In this document: piece after piece, positions 40,036 through 50,349 of the stretch
Position numbering within the stretch: position 1 is the first letter of the stretch
Layout of the letters: every line of letters starts with the position of its first letter
Assembly (NCBI GenBank): GCA_965261115.1
Contig: OZ253447.1
Location: 2,887,625-2,951,624 of the forward strand
Direction: 5' to 3'
Origin: Candidatus Poribacteria bacterium
GTDB taxonomy: Bacteria > Poribacteria > WGA-4E > WGA-3G
DNA: 64,000 bases
Made by a program: the position numbers and the translations under genes
The notes under the pieces: model-generated
What the model was told of the DNA's origin: nothing
Seen by the model: only the letters and a program-made list of their open reading frames with translations
Databases searched by the model: none

Positions 40036-41667
40036 ATGAAATACATCAGATGTCCATTCCTAATCATTCTAATCGGCATTTTAATGATGCCGACCATACT
40101 ATTCGCAACACCCCACGAACCCTCGCCTGCAGGTGGCAGTTGGCTTGAACTGAATCCCAAACTCGGGCAAGTCCAAACCGATGCGCCTTGGTTCCCCGAA
40201 CTCACTGGAATGCTTACAATTGAAGCGTGGATCTACGTAGACGAGCCATTGCCGAAGCAAATTATCTTTTCTCTCGTCGGTCAAACAGACCGTTTTAACT
40301 GTTGTATAGAGGGAACGCCTATGGACCAGGACAAAAATGGTGCCCTTGATACACGGATCGGGATCTTGTCCCAAGGAACCGCTGAACATTCAGGAACGAT
40401 GGTCGGAATCCTGCCGGTGCGTCAGTGGGTACATTACGTGGTAACAATTGACCGAGGTGCCGCTGTTGGACGCGACGGTTATATTGCAGAAGGAGTTAAT
40501 GGGAGCGAACTGCCAGCCCCAAATACGAATCCTCTTGTGCTTGGAGGTATTCCAGTTATATCGGGAATCCCAATGCCTAGATTCAAAGCGCGTTTCGCTT
40601 CAGGCATCTATATTGACGAGTTGAGAATCAGCAGCGTTGTCCGTTATAAAGGCAAATACGATGTACCAACAAATGCGTTTACCGCAGATGCGGATACCAT
40701 AGGACTCTATCACTTTGATACACCGTCAGATCAACGCTATGAAGATAGCTCAAGTTACAAGGTACCGTTAGTCCGCGGTGAAATAGATCCTGAGATTCTC
40801 GCGAAGAGTGAAGAAACAACAAAAACGCCGCTGTCAAAAAGCGAAGAAGAGTTATTGCAACTCATTCGTGAAGGAGTCGCCTATTACGATAGCCTGCTTG
40901 AAAGCGGACGTGTTGATTTTCTTCGGGAGACCACCAGTGTTGCATCTGATGGGCTATCGGGGATGAGACGTGCTCCCATTGGTACTTGGAAGGGAACTTT
41001 CGAGTTTTCGGGACGCAAAATGAGATGCATTGTGACACGAGATGCTATTCAGTACGACCCGGACCGAAATATACCGATTACGGGGACACAACAATACGCT
41101 TACGATGGTGAAACCTTTGAGCGACTTCGAGACACATTCAATGGTATAGTGTTAAGTCGCAGAAGCAAAATCGTCGATGACCCGTCTGATGATCCACGCT
41201 TCTGGGGATGGAATCTCAGTGGTGGGGAAAAATCTCTCATCATGCTCATTGATGAACTTGATATCGAAAGTATTAAAGAGGTGCGTTTCAACGAGAGTGA
41301 TGTCTATCATATCAAAGGAAATGCGCACGGTCTCGCGATGGAATTGTGGCTGAACCCAAAGAAAAACTATCGACCCGAACGTTATATGTTTGCTCAACCT
41401 ATGCTTGCTGTGATAAAGGATTTCAAATTCAAAGAAGTGGCACCCGACCTCTGGTTCCCAGAATCTGGCAAGTGGGTTACGGCTATAACCGATGCCCAGA
41501 CAGGCACAAAAACTGATGTTACGACCACGACCATGCAATTCACAAATATTCGGATTAACGAACCTATCCCTGAATCCCGATTTTCCATTGAACCACCCTC
41601 TGGTGCAACAGTATTCGACATGCGGACCCAAGAAAGCTTTGAAGTCCCAGCGGAAAACAACAAATGA
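40036..41667 (+). CDS. Secreted LamG-like + LolA-like protein, paralog 2 (most divergent in the central region).
   Basis: Collinear with 37610 and 41883 proteins. Conserved TAAGGAACTATCCCATG start context. Confidence 0.6.
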   Translation: MKYIRCPFLIILIGILMMPTILFATPHEPSPAGGSWLELNPKLGQVQTDAPWFPELTGMLTIEAWIYVDEPLPKQIIFSLVGQTDRFNCCIEGTPMDQDKNGALDTRIGILSQGTAEHSGTMVGILPVRQWVHYVVTIDRGAAVGRDGYIAEGVNGSELPAPNTNPLVLGGIPVISGIPMPRFKARFASGIYIDELRISSVVRYKGKYDVPTNAFTADADTIGLYHFDTPSDQRYEDSSSYKVPLVRGEIDPEILAKSEETTKTPLSKSEEELLQLIREGVAYYDSLLESGRVDFLRETTSVASDGLSGMRRAPIGTWKGTFEFSGRKMRCIVTRDAIQYDPDRNIPITGTQQYAYDGETFERLRDTFNGIVLSRRSKIVDDPSDDPRFWGWNLSGGEKSLIMLIDELDIESIKEVRFNESDVYHIKGNAHGLAMELWLNPKKNYRPERYMFAQPMLAVIKDFKFKEVAPDLWFPESGKWVTAITDAQTGTKTDVTTTTMQFTNIRINEPIPESRFSIEPPSGATVFDMRTQESFEVPAENNK

Positions 41668-41711
41668 TGTGTTCCAGTTGCTTTCGTCACAAAGTAGGAG
41701 CATTTCGCGTC

Positions 41712-41860
41712 TGAACCATAAGCGTCAATTTAAAAAAAATAACCGCTTCGGTCCCAGACCCGGTAGGTTCGGTTTCCTAACCGAACCGGAACTTAAGCAC
41801 AAACTTTTCATAACCCAAAAATCCTCTTGAGTTCCGTAGGAACGGTATGTTTATAGAATA
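41712..41860. repeat. Family-B/C REP-like composite repeat (ACCATAAGCGTCAATTTAA ... CCCGGTAGGTTCGGTTTCCTAACCGAACCGG ... GTTCCGTAGGAACGGTATGTTTATAG).
   Basis: Near-collinear with 55570-55705. Hairpins carry compensatory changes. Confidence 0.65.
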
Positions 41861-41882
41861 AAAATGCGTAAGGAACTATCCC

Positions 41883-43514
41883 ATGCAATATATCAAAGAC
41901 ACATTCCTAATCATTCTAATCGGCATTTTAATGACGCCGACCATATTATTCGCAACACCCCACGAACCCTCTCCTGCGGGTGGCGGTTGGCTTGAACTAA
42001 ATCCTAAACTCGGGCAAGTCCAAACGGATGCACCTTGGTTGCCCGAGCTTACCGGGACGCTCACGATTGAAGCGTGGATCTACGTAGACGAGACGTTACC
42101 CAAGCAAGTCACCTTTTCTCTCGTCGGTCAAACAGACCGATTCAGCTGCTTCATGACTGGAATTCCTGCAGACGAAAATAGAGATAATGTGATGGATACT
42201 CGGATCGGTATCCTTTCCAATGGGACTAAAGACCCTTCAATGGTGACGGACACAGACCATCTACCGATTCGTCAGTGGGTGCATTATGTCGCGACAATCG
42301 ACCGCGGTGCTGCTATCGGCAGCGATGGGCTTATTTTAGAAGGTGGAAGTGATGGGAGCGAACTGCCAGTGCCAAATGAAAATCGGCTTGTGCTTGGTGG
42401 TATGCCAACTTTGACGAAACTGCCAGCACCCCTGCTGGGTGACAAAATGCGTTTCGCTTCAGGAGTCTATATTGACGAACTAAGAATCAGCGGCGTTGTC
42501 CGTTACAAAGGCAACTACGATGTGCCGACAAAGGCATTCACCGCAGATACTGATACTATAGGACTCTATCATTTCGATGAAGGCTCAAAACAACGTTATG
42601 AAGATAGCTCAAATTCCCAGATTCCCTTAATCCGCAGTGAGATAGATCCTGAGATGCTTGCGAAGATTGAGGCAGCGACAGCTTCGCCTGTGCTACCAAA
42701 AAGCGAAGAAGAGCTGCTTCAGCTGATCCGCGAAGGGATTGCCTATTACGATAGCCTGCTTGAAAGCGGACGCGTCGATTTTCTTCGCGAGACTACCAGC
42801 GTCGCCTCTACTGTGATCCCTCCTGAACTCGGACGTTTCCCCAGTGGTACTTGGAAAGGAACTTTCGAGTTTTCGGGACGCAAAATAAGGGGCATTGTGA
42901 CGCAAGATGTTATTCAGTACGAGCCTGACCGAAACATTCCAATTAAAGGCACAGAGCAGTACGCGTATGATGGCGAAACATTTGAAACACTCCGAAATAC
43001 ATCTCACCATACTTTGTTGGAACGAAGAAGCGAAGTCGTCCATGATTCATTTGATGATCCACGCTTCTGGGGATGGAATCTCAGCGGTGGGGATAGGTCT
43101 CTTATAATGATTATTGATGGACTTGAGATCGAAAGTATTAAAGAGGTGCGTTTCAATGATAGTGAAGTCTATCATATCAAAGGAGATATGTTTGGTGGTA
43201 CTATAGAATTGTGGCTGAATCCTAAAAAAAGTTACCGACCCGAACGCTTTAGGAGTTCTAATCTCATGCTTTCGATGACAAAGGATTTCAAGTTCAAAGA
43301 GGTCGCACCCGACCTCTGGTTCCCGGAATCCGCCAAGTGGATTGACACCATCGCGAAAATCAATATTAGAACCACAACCGTGCAATTCACAAACATTCGG
43401 ATTAACGAACCTATCCCTGAATCTCGGTTTTCCATTGAACCACCCCCTGGCGCAACAGTGTTCGACATGCGAACCCGAGAAAGTTTTGAAATCCCAGCGG
43501 AGAAAAGTAAATGA
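41883..43514 (+). CDS. Secreted LamG-like + LolA-like protein, paralog 3 (closest to paralog 1, short deletion near the C-terminus).
   Basis: About 80% identical to the 37610 protein. Confidence 0.6.
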   Translation: MQYIKDTFLIILIGILMTPTILFATPHEPSPAGGGWLELNPKLGQVQTDAPWLPELTGTLTIEAWIYVDETLPKQVTFSLVGQTDRFSCFMTGIPADENRDNVMDTRIGILSNGTKDPSMVTDTDHLPIRQWVHYVATIDRGAAIGSDGLILEGGSDGSELPVPNENRLVLGGMPTLTKLPAPLLGDKMRFASGVYIDELRISGVVRYKGNYDVPTKAFTADTDTIGLYHFDEGSKQRYEDSSNSQIPLIRSEIDPEMLAKIEAATASPVLPKSEEELLQLIREGIAYYDSLLESGRVDFLRETTSVASTVIPPELGRFPSGTWKGTFEFSGRKIRGIVTQDVIQYEPDRNIPIKGTEQYAYDGETFETLRNTSHHTLLERRSEVVHDSFDDPRFWGWNLSGGDRSLIMIIDGLEIESIKEVRFNDSEVYHIKGDMFGGTIELWLNPKKSYRPERFRSSNLMLSMTKDFKFKEVAPDLWFPESAKWIDTIAKINIRTTTVQFTNIRINEPIPESRFSIEPPPGATVFDMRTRESFEIPAEKSK

Positions 43515-44632
43515 TGTCTTTCAGACGCATCGTTAAAAAAATATTGTCTACAAACTACGCATTTTACTGCGCTTTGCTAAGTGCAGCATTTCTTTTCATA
43601 GGACAACCAACCGTAGCACAACCACCAGTAATTGAACCACACCTGCTTTCTGACGAAGCCGCACAACTGTTGGAGCACATCAAAACGAAAGCAGCCGAAT
43701 ATGACGCACAATTCAAAAGCGGTGAGGTCGAATTCTCGATCACGCTACATCAAAAAATTCCGCAAAGAACGGACATCTTTGAAGACCTTTTAGGATGGTT
43801 TCAGAATACCCTGATGCGAACGCCGAAAGAAGAAAAAGTCCCATCGTATGAAGAGAAGGGGGTTTGGGACATCATCTACCGATTTGATGGCGAACGCGAA
43901 TTTTACGATGTTAAAGCACGTAAGAAGATGGAACTCGACGGAAGACCGCTCCGAGATTGGCAAGAGACGCACTATCAATATCTGATAGACGGCAAAACGC
44001 TGCGTATGCGCAAACGTACCGGTAGTGGATGGAAACGGGACCCACGACAAGCAACGTCATCGCAGCTTTTTGAAGACAAGTTTAATCCGCGTTGGTGGGG
44101 CAGGCTTCCACACGGACTCACCTTTCGCAGCTTCATTCGCAAACACGATCCGATTGATGTTAAAACCGTTGAAACCGACGGCACGCGAGACCACTACCTC
44201 AGACTTTACAGAAAAGCGCAACAAGGATCTGACAAAGCTTGGACTCACGAAATCTGGATACATCCGCAGAAGGATTACCACGCCACTCGTGTGATACAAT
44301 ACGGACGACTGGCTACAGAAATTGACCCACAAGGCACACTGAAAGAAGCATTTTTCCTGACCCGTAAGACCTATCAACTGACACAATATGAACCGGGAAT
44401 ATGGTTTCCGAAAACCGTCACCCAAGAACACTTTAACGGAGGTCTTATGGAAGAAATCCTCCCAGACACCCCAGAATCTGAACACCCTATGATTATGAGC
44501 GAAGCACTCATTCCGCAGTCGTTCCGCGAAGATAAACTTACATGGCCCCGGATGAAGATAACCATGCAAGTACAACGCGCCGCCTTCAATATCCCGATCG
44601 CGGAGGAAGACCTACGTTTTTCAAACGAATAG
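43511..44632 (+). CDS. Secreted LolA-like domain protein (no LamG domain).
   Basis: Signal peptide. IWIHPQKDYHATRV and YEPGIWFPKT blocks parallel the paralog C-terminal domains. Confidence 0.45.
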   Translation: MMSFRRIVKKILSTNYAFYCALLSAAFLFIGQPTVAQPPVIEPHLLSDEAAQLLEHIKTKAAEYDAQFKSGEVEFSITLHQKIPQRTDIFEDLLGWFQNTLMRTPKEEKVPSYEEKGVWDIIYRFDGEREFYDVKARKKMELDGRPLRDWQETHYQYLIDGKTLRMRKRTGSGWKRDPRQATSSQLFEDKFNPRWWGRLPHGLTFRSFIRKHDPIDVKTVETDGTRDHYLRLYRKAQQGSDKAWTHEIWIHPQKDYHATRVIQYGRLATEIDPQGTLKEAFFLTRKTYQLTQYEPGIWFPKTVTQEHFNGGLMEEILPDTPESEHPMIMSEALIPQSFREDKLTWPRMKITMQVQRAAFNIPIAEEDLRFSNE

Positions 44633-44830
44633 AACTTACGCATTTCCTCTTAAAGTCCCCCTGATAAGGGGGATTTAGGGGGTTTCTTCAGAGCCATTCA
44701 ATTGTCCCATATATATTGCAAGTCCCCTGATAAGGGGACGTTTTCCTTGGGGTATTTGATAGGGTATTTCTGCGTATTTCTTCTATAGGGGGTTTCTTCA
44801 GAGCCATTCAATTGTCCCATAATTTCGATT
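44631..44830. repeat. Family-A MITE-like repeat (copy 4) with an internal duplication of GGGGTTTCTTCAGAGCCATTCAATTGTCCCATA.
   Basis: Seen directly. Contains GTCCCCCTGATAAGGGGGATTTAGGGGG. Confidence 0.65.
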
Positions 44831-44961
44831 TTGCACCTAAAACGCTGCCATATAGGATTCTCACTAAGATATTTTTATTTCAGAATATCAAACTATGTAT
44901 GAGATACCTTGTGCCAAAATTTCCTAACGGTAAAGGAAAAATTAAACGCATCGCAAAAAAT

Positions 44962-44990
44962 TTGACAAACCTAAATTTATATGGTAGTAT
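44962..44990 (+). promoter_or_regulatory. Sigma70-type promoter TTGACA-17-TAGTAT upstream of recJ.
   Basis: Consensus -35 with a 5/6 -10. Confidence 0.45.
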
Positions 44991-45075
44991 ATCAATATTC
45001 AAAAAAGCGTCGCCTCCAAATCCCTAAATGTAACACAAAGCGCAGATTTCCTTTCTCGACGACGATAGGAACATC

Positions 45076-47655
45076 ATGAAAAAACCCACCCATAAGCAGT
45101 GGCGGTTCAGAGATTCAGATATTGACAGTAGTTTGGCATTAGCCGCTGAGGTGGGTGTCTCTCCTTTTGCTGCGCAACTGCTAATCAATCGTGAAATAAA
45201 AACTGCTACCGAAGCAAAAGCCTACCTTTTCCCAACTTTTGATGAACTTCACTCCCCGTTTGAATTAGCCGATATGGACAAAGCCGTGGAACGGATACAC
45301 ACGGCGATCTCACGGGGTGAGAAAATCTGTGTCTATGGCGATTATGATACCGATGGCACCACCGCCACTGCACTGTTGCTGAATACATTCCGTCAGATGG
45401 ATGTTCCCGCCGATTACTATATCCCGAGCCGGTTTGATGAAGGCTACGGTCTCAGCGAAGACGCTATCAAAAAAATTCACAAGAAAAACGAGGCAAAGTT
45501 GATAATCACTGTAGACTGTGGTATCACGTCGGTTAAGGAGGTCGCGTTAGCCAACCAACTCGGTATGGATGTTATTGTTACCGACCACCACCAACCAGAA
45601 CAGGAACAGCCACCAGCACACGCGCTAATTTCACCTAAGATTCCGGGGAATGAATATCCCTACACAGAACTCGCGGGCGTCGGTTTAGCCTTCAAATTAG
45701 CACAAGGATTAATAGACGATAGAAGCTTTCTTGAATCACTCTTGGATCTGGTTGCATTGGGCACTGTCGTAGACATGGCATCGCTCACTGGCGAGAATCG
45801 CATTTTGAGTCGTTTAGGATTGGCGGAACTTGATAAACGGGAACGTCCCGGAATTCATGCGCTATGTGAAGCAGCCGGTCATAAAATTGATACACCGCTC
45901 GACGGATATGCACTCTCTTTTAAATTAGGACCCCGAATTAACGCCGCGGGAAGAATGGATACCGCACACAAAGTGGTTGAACTACTTACCACCGACGCTG
46001 AGGATGTTGCAACCCGGATCGCCTCTCAACTCAATCAGGCAAATCGGGATCGACAAGATTTGGAAAAACATATCCAAGATCAAGCAGCGGAGCTCATTGA
46101 AAAAGAGGTCGATGATGACACCGTAGGGATTGTTGTCGCCAGTGATAAGTGGGACGAAAAGGCACAAGGTGTGGTCGGCATTGTCGCCGCACGCCTGATG
46201 CAATCCTATTACAAACCTACCATCGTCCTCGCAATTAACGGCGATACAGCGACGGGTTCCGGGCGTTGTATTGAAGGAATGAACCTTGCCAATAGTCTCG
46301 TCGCCTGCACTGATTTGCTCGTGAAACACGGTGGACACGCAGCGGCAGCAGGGTTAACAATCGAAACCAGAAATATTCCCAAATTCAAGGACGCTTTCAA
46401 CAAATACGCTTCTGAACATCTCACAGAGGAGGCACTCCAACCGAAGCTCGACCTTGAGCTTGAAACGCATCTTTCGCTTTTAACGTTAGACACACTAAAG
46501 GAACTTGAGCAATTTGAACCGTTTGGACAGGAAAATCCATCCCCGCTTTTTGGTAAACGACGCGTCAAAGTTGCTGACGGCACACCCAGAACAATGGGAC
46601 AGGATGGAAGCCACCTGAAAATGTTCGTCAGCGACGGTGGCGGGAGACACTGTGCCATCGCATGGGGAGCCGGCGACCAACTCGTTACTTTCAAACGTCC
46701 CAACGTCTCACTTGACATCGCCTTCTCGCCACAGATCAACGAGTGGCAAGGCACCCAATCCGTACAACTTATCCTTAAAGATTGGGAAATACACGCTGAA
46801 GGCAGGGACGTGAACTGGGATGTTTTTCCCAGACTTGATGATGAATCCTCCGTAAAAATTGCCGATAGGCGCAATACCAAGAAAAGGGACTATCTTTTAA
46901 AGTTGCTTCAACGAGAAGAATCTTGTATAATTTATGTACAGGATACAGAAATGCTGGACTTTTTGCTCACAAGACTCCTACCAGAGAGCATTGAGGGGAT
47001 TGCGAGGCACGATGAGACAACATCCACTGAAGAGGAAGCAACGTTATTGCAGCAATTGGCGCATGGCGAACTCAGGACAATCGCCTCAAGTACCAGTTTA
47101 TCAAGGCACGAAGCATTTCCTTTCGTAAAGCATGTTGTCTTTTGCCATCTCACGCCGAGTCCAGACCTCTTTTTTAAGCGATGCGCGCCCGCTTTCGCAA
47201 CGAAAGAAACCTCCTGCCTGCATCTCATCTACGGCGATGCAGACGGAACGGAGATACAGAATTGGGTCGCCAAAAAATATCCCGAAAAAGTCGAATTACA
47301 GCAATTGTACGGCGGGATACGTAAAACCATACAGTCAAATGGAGCAGCGGGATACCCTGAAACGGCAATGTTAAATGGCGCACTGGGGGCTCCCGCGACA
47401 GTTGAAACCGGACTCACTATCTTTGAAGAATTGAAGTTTATTGAGCGGTACGCGGAATCAGGACACAGGCTTGTGAAACTCCGGACTGCTCAGAAAAGTG
47501 ATTTATCTCGTTCGCCAACTTACGTAAGAGGGCAATGGATCAAGCAGACAAGCCCTTCTTTCATTGAGTTTCAGTTGAAAGAAAACATTGAATCTATGTG
47601 GGAGCGTGTGGAAAATGAGTGTCAAATCCTTAATAACCCAGATGCAAGCATATAA
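45076..47655 (+). CDS. recJ: Single-stranded-DNA-specific exonuclease RecJ (DHH + DHHA1) with a C-terminal extension of about 290 aa.
   Basis: DHH motifs (VYGDYDTDGTTA, DHHQ). DHHA1 GGGH region. 859 aa versus about 570 typical. Confidence 0.85.
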   Translation: MKKPTHKQWRFRDSDIDSSLALAAEVGVSPFAAQLLINREIKTATEAKAYLFPTFDELHSPFELADMDKAVERIHTAISRGEKICVYGDYDTDGTTATALLLNTFRQMDVPADYYIPSRFDEGYGLSEDAIKKIHKKNEAKLIITVDCGITSVKEVALANQLGMDVIVTDHHQPEQEQPPAHALISPKIPGNEYPYTELAGVGLAFKLAQGLIDDRSFLESLLDLVALGTVVDMASLTGENRILSRLGLAELDKRERPGIHALCEAAGHKIDTPLDGYALSFKLGPRINAAGRMDTAHKVVELLTTDAEDVATRIASQLNQANRDRQDLEKHIQDQAAELIEKEVDDDTVGIVVASDKWDEKAQGVVGIVAARLMQSYYKPTIVLAINGDTATGSGRCIEGMNLANSLVACTDLLVKHGGHAAAAGLTIETRNIPKFKDAFNKYASEHLTEEALQPKLDLELETHLSLLTLDTLKELEQFEPFGQENPSPLFGKRRVKVADGTPRTMGQDGSHLKMFVSDGGGRHCAIAWGAGDQLVTFKRPNVSLDIAFSPQINEWQGTQSVQLILKDWEIHAEGRDVNWDVFPRLDDESSVKIADRRNTKKRDYLLKLLQREESCIIYVQDTEMLDFLLTRLLPESIEGIARHDETTSTEEEATLLQQLAHGELRTIASSTSLSRHEAFPFVKHVVFCHLTPSPDLFFKRCAPAFATKETSCLHLIYGDADGTEIQNWVAKKYPEKVELQQLYGGIRKTIQSNGAAGYPETAMLNGALGAPATVETGLTIFEELKFIERYAESGHRLVKLRTAQKSDLSRSPTYVRGQWIKQTSPSFIEFQLKENIESMWERVENECQILNNPDASI

Positions 47656-49822
47656 TCCCGAAGCAGAGATTGAGCTCCTTGAGCGTTGCTACCGTTTCGC
47701 ACAAGACGCACATAAAGGGCAAAAACGAAAATCCGGAGAACCTTATTTTTCCCATTGTGTCGAAACCGCTGAAATACTCGCCGAACTACACTTAGATACC
47801 CATACAATCTGCGCCGGACTTCTGCATGATGTCCTTGAAGATACAGGTATCACCCGTGAAGAACTGCAAGTACGGTTCGGCGCTAACATCGCAAATCTTG
47901 TTGAAGGGGTCACAAAGATCGGGCAATATAGACCGAGTGTTACCTCCCCAACTGCCAGCACGACAATCACTGTTGAAGAGCGCGTTCATCGAAAACGCCA
48001 AGCGGAAACCTACCGAAAACTCCTCTTAGCAACAGCAGAAGATATACGGGTCATCCTCATTAAACTTGCAGATCGACTGCATAACATGCAAACACTGGAC
48101 TTCCTACCGAGTGAGAAAAGCCAACGCATCGCAAAGGAGACATTGGAGATTTACGCACCGATCGCACACCTATTCGGGATTTGGCGTATCATGAGCCGCC
48201 TTGAAGATCTCGCATTCAAGCACCTTTACCCCGACGAATATCGGAAAATTGCCGAACTTTTGAACCAGAAACTCGTTGAGCGCGAAGCCTACTGTGATAA
48301 AATGGTCAAGGAAATTCGCCAAGTCCTTGAAGAACGGGACATCTACGCCGATGTTCACGGCAGAACAAAACATATCTATAGCATCTATCAGAAAATGCAA
48401 CAGAGAGGGATCCCTTTCAGCGAAATCCGGGACCTCGTCGGTCTCCGGGTCCTTGTTAAAACCGATGCTGACTGTTACACCGCACTTGGCGCACTCCACT
48501 ATGAATGGAGTTACCATCCTGACCGACTTGAGGATTTTATCGGTCAACCTAAGAACAACGGGTATCGGTCACTCCATACCACGATTTTAGATGACGGTAA
48601 ACCTGTCGAAATCCAGATTCGCACATATCAGATGCATAAAATCGCTGAGCGTGGCATTGCTGCGCATTGGAATTATAAAGAAGGGATCCCAGCAAGCGAA
48701 CTAGAACGCTCCATTTTCGCCAGCTACCAGCGAATATTAGAGGACATGGAGAGACAGGACAGTCCGCATCAGTTTTTAGAATCCATACAGGAATTCTTCC
48801 AAGGTGAAGTGTACGTTTTTTCGCCGAAAGGCGACCTTTTTCGGTTACCAGCAGGCGCGACTGTTATCGACTTCGCCTATAAAATCCATACGGACATTGG
48901 ACATACATGTGTCGGCGCAGATGTCAATGGGGCTATCGCACCGCTCCGGCGGGTCCTTGAGAATGGCGACCAAGTTAATATTCGGACACAGGCAAATGGA
49001 AAACCGAGTCGAAGCTGGATACGGCATGGGCATGTGAAAACCGCTACCGCACGCAGTAAGATTAGGCATTGGTTCCGTGAAAAGGATAGGGCGGATGCCC
49101 TGGAGTTAGGCAAGCGACTTCTTACAGGCGAGCTGCGAAGTTCTTATCTGAATGCACGGGATTATCTGAATTCTCCGAAACTCCGAGACGTTGCTAAACA
49201 ACTCAAACTCAAAAACCTTGAAGAACTTTTTGTCCGTATCGGCAGAGGACACGAATCAGCTATCCATGTCATCAATCTCTTGAAACCTGAGGCACCGAAA
49301 CCTGAAACCGAAACTGTAGAAGATGATAAACCGGAACAGAAATCGGAATCATCACCCGCCATCCAACTTGAGAACGATATTGACTTAGGGATGGTGCGGA
49401 TCATGAAATGCTGTAACCCGATCCCGGGTGACCAAGTCGTCGGTTATGTCACACGAGGCCGCGGCCTTTCCGTACATAGAACCGGATGCATGCGTATACT
49501 CGATGAACCCGAACGACTCGTAGCAGTCAAATGGCCCGAAAAACCACTTTCCGAAAACGGAAGCCACCCACCTGATATCTACCCCGTCAAAATCCTCGTC
49601 GAATGCAGTGATCGTCCCGGAATGCTCGGCGAAATCACCACCGCCATCGCTGAATACAAGGTAAATATCCGCTGTGGAACCTTCCAACCCTCTACTGTCC
49701 ATCTTGATGCTACAGCCGCTGACAACTTGACAATAGATGTTACGGGGGCGGAACAACTCGATAAAGTCATGCAAGCGATTCGACAGCTAAAAGGTGTGCA
49801 ACGTGTCACCCGCATGTCCTAA
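47615..49822 (+). CDS. rel: Bifunctional (p)ppGpp synthetase/hydrolase, RelA/SpoT family (HD, synthetase, TGS, ACT).
   Basis: HD motif HLDTHTICAGLLHDVLEDT. Synthetase motif GRTKHIYSIYQKM...LVGLRVLV. C-terminal ACT. Start chosen at ATG 47615. The listed ORF begins at TTG 47588 inside recJ. Confidence 0.88.
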   Translation: MSVKSLITQMQAYNPEAEIELLERCYRFAQDAHKGQKRKSGEPYFSHCVETAEILAELHLDTHTICAGLLHDVLEDTGITREELQVRFGANIANLVEGVTKIGQYRPSVTSPTASTTITVEERVHRKRQAETYRKLLLATAEDIRVILIKLADRLHNMQTLDFLPSEKSQRIAKETLEIYAPIAHLFGIWRIMSRLEDLAFKHLYPDEYRKIAELLNQKLVEREAYCDKMVKEIRQVLEERDIYADVHGRTKHIYSIYQKMQQRGIPFSEIRDLVGLRVLVKTDADCYTALGALHYEWSYHPDRLEDFIGQPKNNGYRSLHTTILDDGKPVEIQIRTYQMHKIAERGIAAHWNYKEGIPASELERSIFASYQRILEDMERQDSPHQFLESIQEFFQGEVYVFSPKGDLFRLPAGATVIDFAYKIHTDIGHTCVGADVNGAIAPLRRVLENGDQVNIRTQANGKPSRSWIRHGHVKTATARSKIRHWFREKDRADALELGKRLLTGELRSSYLNARDYLNSPKLRDVAKQLKLKNLEELFVRIGRGHESAIHVINLLKPEAPKPETETVEDDKPEQKSESSPAIQLENDIDLGMVRIMKCCNPIPGDQVVGYVTRGRGLSVHRTGCMRILDEPERLVAVKWPEKPLSENGSHPPDIYPVKILVECSDRPGMLGEITTAIAEYKVNIRCGTFQPSTVHLDATAADNLTIDVTGAEQLDKVMQAIRQLKGVQRVTRMS

Positions 49823-49883
49823 ATCCAATCTATAGCAGTCTCAATACTCTGATATTGGGGGAACACGCTCCGGATGTGATATG

Positions 49884-50096
49884 CTATACAGCGGTGGGCA
49901 TTCTCGATATAACTTTAGCGACCCTTCCACTCTTCAGACATTTCGTACATACACGGATCCGCCTCGGACCTGCCTCCGTTTGAACCCGAACCCGTTGAAG
50001 ATTTGGAAGCCAACGCCGCTTTGTGTGCCGAAATGATTTACTAATCTGGTTACCCGCCATCGGGCGTTTACTACAAATACTACAGACGCGTGACAT
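49884..50096 (-). CDS. rpmB: 50S ribosomal protein L28.
   Basis: MSRVCSICSKRPMAGNQISKSFRHTKRRWLPNLQ...VCTKCLKSG. RBS AAGGAGAT. Confidence 0.85.
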   Translation of the reverse strand: MSRVCSICSKRPMAGNQISKSFRHTKRRWLPNLQRVRVQTEAGPRRIRVCTKCLKSGRVAKVISRMPTAV

Positions 50097-50312
50097 CTTG
50101 ATATCTCCTTTTTCTTTCCGCTAAAATGTTGGTTAAACCTAAACATTAATAATACCACAATTCGGACTGAAAAGCAAATTTTCTTTAAAACACATCCCCG
50201 AATTCCAGCCTTCCAAACCCCGCACAACCTGCGATTCAGATCAACTGAAAACCATCCCTCTAACCACTGACAGCTGACTGCCGATGGCTGACGGCTGATA
50301 ACTAAAAATAGA

Positions 50313-50342
50313 TGTGACTTTTTCGGAAGAATCTGGTATACT
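50313..50342 (+). promoter_or_regulatory. Putative promoter TGTGAC-18-TATACT ending 8 nt before the glycosyltransferase ATG (possible leaderless mRNA).
   Basis: Sequence inspection only. Confidence 0.3.
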
Positions 50343-50349
50343 ATGCACT

